Shown one piece after another: positions 60,237 through 64,000 of a DNA stretch of 64,000 bases; positions within the stretch are counted from its first letter, which is position 1; each line of letters opens with the position of its first letter. The DNA lies in assembly GCF_009914755.1 (NCBI RefSeq), contig NC_060929.1, one strand, 5' to 3'. Under the pieces are notes generated by a model. The model was not told the origin of the DNA, did not search any database, and was given only the letters and a program-made list of their open reading frames with translations. This stretch comes from the human T2T-CHM13v2.0 reference genome, Homo sapiens. A program made the translations under genes and the position numbers.

Positions 60237-63200
60237 GGACGCGGGTCGGCTTTATATCCCCTTTGCCCGCGAAGGGTGGATTTGGAAAGTGCACTTGCGC
60301 CGAAACAGTCCCCGTTTTGTCTCCGGGTCTGGGTGGTGGCATTTTCTCGCGGCGATGTGTCTGTCGGAGCATGGAGCAACTTTCTGCTAAAGGGAAGCCA
60401 GCGGAGAGCGGGGGCTGCTGGGGAGGAGGCTTCTATGTCTCAGGAAACCAGAACGACCTGCCTTCATCCCGCTGGGCTGCCGCCCGCTGCCGGATGACCG
60501 ATGACCGGAGCCACAACAGGCAGCGCTCAGCGGGTGGGAGTCCTTGCTGGGGACATCTGGACGTGGATTTGCCTGTGGGATGAGCAGAGCAAGTGGCCTC
60601 TGATAGGAATCCCAATCTGGGCAGTGACCTTGAGCTTGAGAGCCTCAGTTTCCTCCTCCATGAACAGGGCCATGCTAATCCCCCACCCCGTCCATGAGGT
60701 GTTGTGAGGCGAAAGAGGTGGGGCAGGAAAGTGCTGTGGTGTCCCCCAGTGGCAGCTGTCATGCCCTAGATCAGATAGGCCCAGTCCTGGAGGCGGTTGC
60801 CTCTTGGGAAGTCATTTGTATGCCTCAGGTCCCCTCTGTGCCCTTTGCCAGAGAGGGTCAATCGGTGAAGCTGGGTGGTGGCCGGGCTGGGCATGAAGCA
60901 GGGCAGGGCCTAGGGAATGTGGGGGGCCCAGAAGCTTCAGCCTCCACTGCACACCTGTCCTGAGGCTGATGCTCCTGTAAGACATGACGTCTCTCAGATG
61001 GCAGTTTTTGTCCTGTGAAGACTCCTGGCATAATCTCTCAGCACCTCAGTTTCCTTATTTATAAAAGGAAGTTAATAAATTCCTACCTACTAATGAGTTT
61101 CCTGTCCCTGGAGGTTATCCAAGGCAATTGGATAGATTACGTTTTTTGACATCTCTGGGTCTGGATGGTGGCATTTTCTCCTTATATCTGAGCTAGGATA
61201 TAAGGAGAATTCAATATCATGAGAAAATAACTTATCTCGAGAACCTGCTCCTTGCAGGCCTGGTACTCGGTGCATTACAAGTACGGCGTTGGTTACAGTC
61301 ACCACAGCACTCCTGGGAAACTGGTGCCATCAAATTCCAATTTACAGATGAGGAAACTGAGGTTCCCAGAGGTAAATGATTGCCATGTGGTCACACCGGT
61401 AGGAAGTGCCTGTTCAGAGACTGGAACCAGGTCTGCCCGCCTCCAGGGTGCTTCTGGTTGTATCGTGCTGGCCCCAAAATATGACTGTATAAGTTGCGGC
61501 ATAGCACAGGGCCTGGCACCTGGCACGTGCGCGATCAGCACTGGCTTCTTGTTCCATGTGTCATAGGAAGGACTGCTACAAAGCACTGGAGAAAGTGAGC
61601 CTGAAGCCTGGCAGCAGGGTTGGGGTACTCTTGCCAAGGGATTTCTCTAAGGGTCTGGAAGGAAGGAAGGTCACTACTCAGTACTACATAGGAAGCCGAT
61701 ATCAGACTGACTCACCCCAGCCCACCAATTTCTTTGCTTCCTCCATCACCTTGTCCCGGTTAACCTTGTCTTTATTCATCTCAGCCTAGGCCGATTCTCC
61801 TGAGCTCACAGGCACATTCCACTCTCCATCCTAGGCTGATGATTAACTACTGACCCTCCCAGGCGATGCGTCCGTGGGAAAAACAAGACCAGCTGTGGTC
61901 CATCTCTGCCAACACCCCAAAGTAAGGGAAACAGGATTAAGTTCCAATCCCAAGGGTTTAATTCAGACTAGAGGAAGAAATCCCTGATGATGGGGAAAAG
62001 GGTGTCCCAGCAGGCTAGAGAGGTTCCTTTGCCAAAAAATGTTTTAAAGAAGAGGAGATCATCCAAATGAAAGGATGGAGATATGCACAAAGCCTCTTTC
62101 ACGTGCAGAGATATTCATCAACAGTCAGAAAGTGCCTAAATGTCCAACAGTAGGGAATCAAAATTATGGAACGCCCATGTGACCACCAAAAGTTGAGAGT
62201 TTTTAATGAATGGAAACATGTTTTGCATTGGCATACAGATGGCAGGGTCCCAAATATGTGGCAAGAGCTTAGAAAAAAGACTGGAAGGAAATAGGCTAAA
62301 GAGGGTTAACAGTGTTTGCCCATGGATGGTGGGGTTGTGGGAGATTTGTTCCCTGACTACTTTTTCTTGACTTTCCAGATTTTATGCAATGAGCATGTTC
62401 TTTAATAATTAGTGGACTACCTGGCTTCGAGTTCTGAGAGCAGGGAGGAGGGTGCCTGATTGAAAAAAAGGTAACTTACGGTTCAGTAAAATGGGTGCCA
62501 CGTATCTGAGTGTGCCCTGTCTCAGGCCTACAATATAGACTGAATTGCCTCTAAAAGGGTTCAAGTAGTGTTTTCCAGATTGAAGTTTTCACCATCTTCT
62601 TGTCTCTTATCTTGTCCCCTCCAATTCTGATACATCCTTTATCCTATTGTCAATTTGGTAATACAGATCTGAGACTACTCCTCCCCTGCTCAAAAATATT
62701 CCAAGACTCCTCATTACCAAATGGATCAAGACCAAAGTCCTTAGACTGGCATACATGGCTCATGATGGTTTAGTCTCTGGCCAGCCTTATCGCCTCCAGC
62801 TACCCCACCCACCCACCCTCTGCTGGTCCACCTACAACAATCCACATCCAGCTGGCTGAATTAACTATGTTCTTGCCCACCTCCAAACTTCCCACTTGGA
62901 ATTTCTCTTGCCTGCAATGCCCTCCTTTGCTTAGCAACCCCATCCTACTCATCCTTCAAGATTCCATTCAAACCAGATCTTCTAGGACCCCACAGTTTAC
63001 AGGTATGCTCCTCCCCCAGGGCTCCTTAAAGATGGGGATGATGTTGCCAGCACACAGGATGTCTCCTCCTTGCCAGCACCCAGGATGGGGCTGGCACATG
63101 AAGGCTTGTCAGTAATAGGGGCACCTCTATGTCAAGGCCTGGCAGGCCCCTTAGAAGAAATACGAAATTATTAATATCAATAATATCTGTTGTTTGTTGT

Positions 63201-63518
63201 ATTCTTACTATGTTCCCATGATAACCCTATGGGTCTCACTTTCAGATTGGAAACTAAGAGTAACATGCGTTCAGCCACTTGCCCAGTATCTAACAGAATT
63301 CGAACACTGGCCATCTAAATCCACGGCCTACACTCCTAATCAGGGTCAGGAAGGGCTGACAGATTCAATCAACCAACATTTAATCAGGGATCACAGAGAT
63401 GCTGTAAAAAGCAATGCATCTCTGCACTATAGAGGTGAAGAAATGGCACAATGACCTCCAAAGTGCAAGGGTTTGTGCCAGATACTGGGGACCTAGGCAT
63501 ATAAAAGATGCCATCTCA

Positions 63519-63836
<318 letters not shown>

Positions 63837-64000
63837 CTACAGGGAGCTTACAGACAGTGGGGTGTGGCGAGAGTGGTGTGTAAGCAGGGTCCTCAGGGCT
63901 TTGATAGGGGGTGTTTAGGAAACTGTGGGGCCTCAGAGGATGCAGGGTGAAGACTGCCCAGAGGGGATAATATTTGAAATAGATCAGGAAGGATAAGCAG

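Larger units (their letters stand above)
59370..60560 (+). promoter_or_regulatory. EYA2: CpG island / TATA-less promoter, probably of EYA2
   Basis: Abrupt rise in GC and CpG content versus the CpG-depleted upstream 59 kb. CCAAT boxes (~59,391, ~59,468), GC boxes (GGGCGG ~59,501, ~59,521), E-boxes CACCTG/CAGCTG/CAGGTG (59,407-59,485). The island itself is clear; the gene name is recalled from locus context, not searched. Confidence 0.75.

Noticed and set aside
59372-60583. Long overlapping ORFs (up to 287 aa) in the CpG island
   Set aside because: Stop-codon scarcity in GC-rich DNA; open on both strands in several frames, mostly non-ATG starts, no recognisable domain.

Overview
Primate (almost certainly human) genomic DNA; all repeat-family and gene names below come from my recall of consensus sequences, with no database search run. 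About 59 kb is repeat-dense intergenic sequence: ~30 Alus, two 3' L1 fragments, many MIR/L2/CR1 relics, numerous solo LTRs, one two-LTR MaLR (MST) provirus and several hAT/Tigger DNA-transposon relics. It is followed by a CpG-island promoter with an apparently non-coding, purine-rich first exon (~59,600-59,934, + strand, donor CAG|GTAACG) and the start of intron 1. The only RNA-gene-derived feature I recognise is a 3'-truncated, tail-less 7SK retropseudogene at 29,968-30,205. The first exon plus a 7SK pseudogene ~30 kb upstream match my recollection of the RN7SKP33-EYA2 interval on human 20q13.12 (unverified). No credible protein-coding exon is present; the supplied ORFs are repeat or low-complexity artefacts. 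I found no convincing new biological system; the findings are modest structural and regulatory observations.
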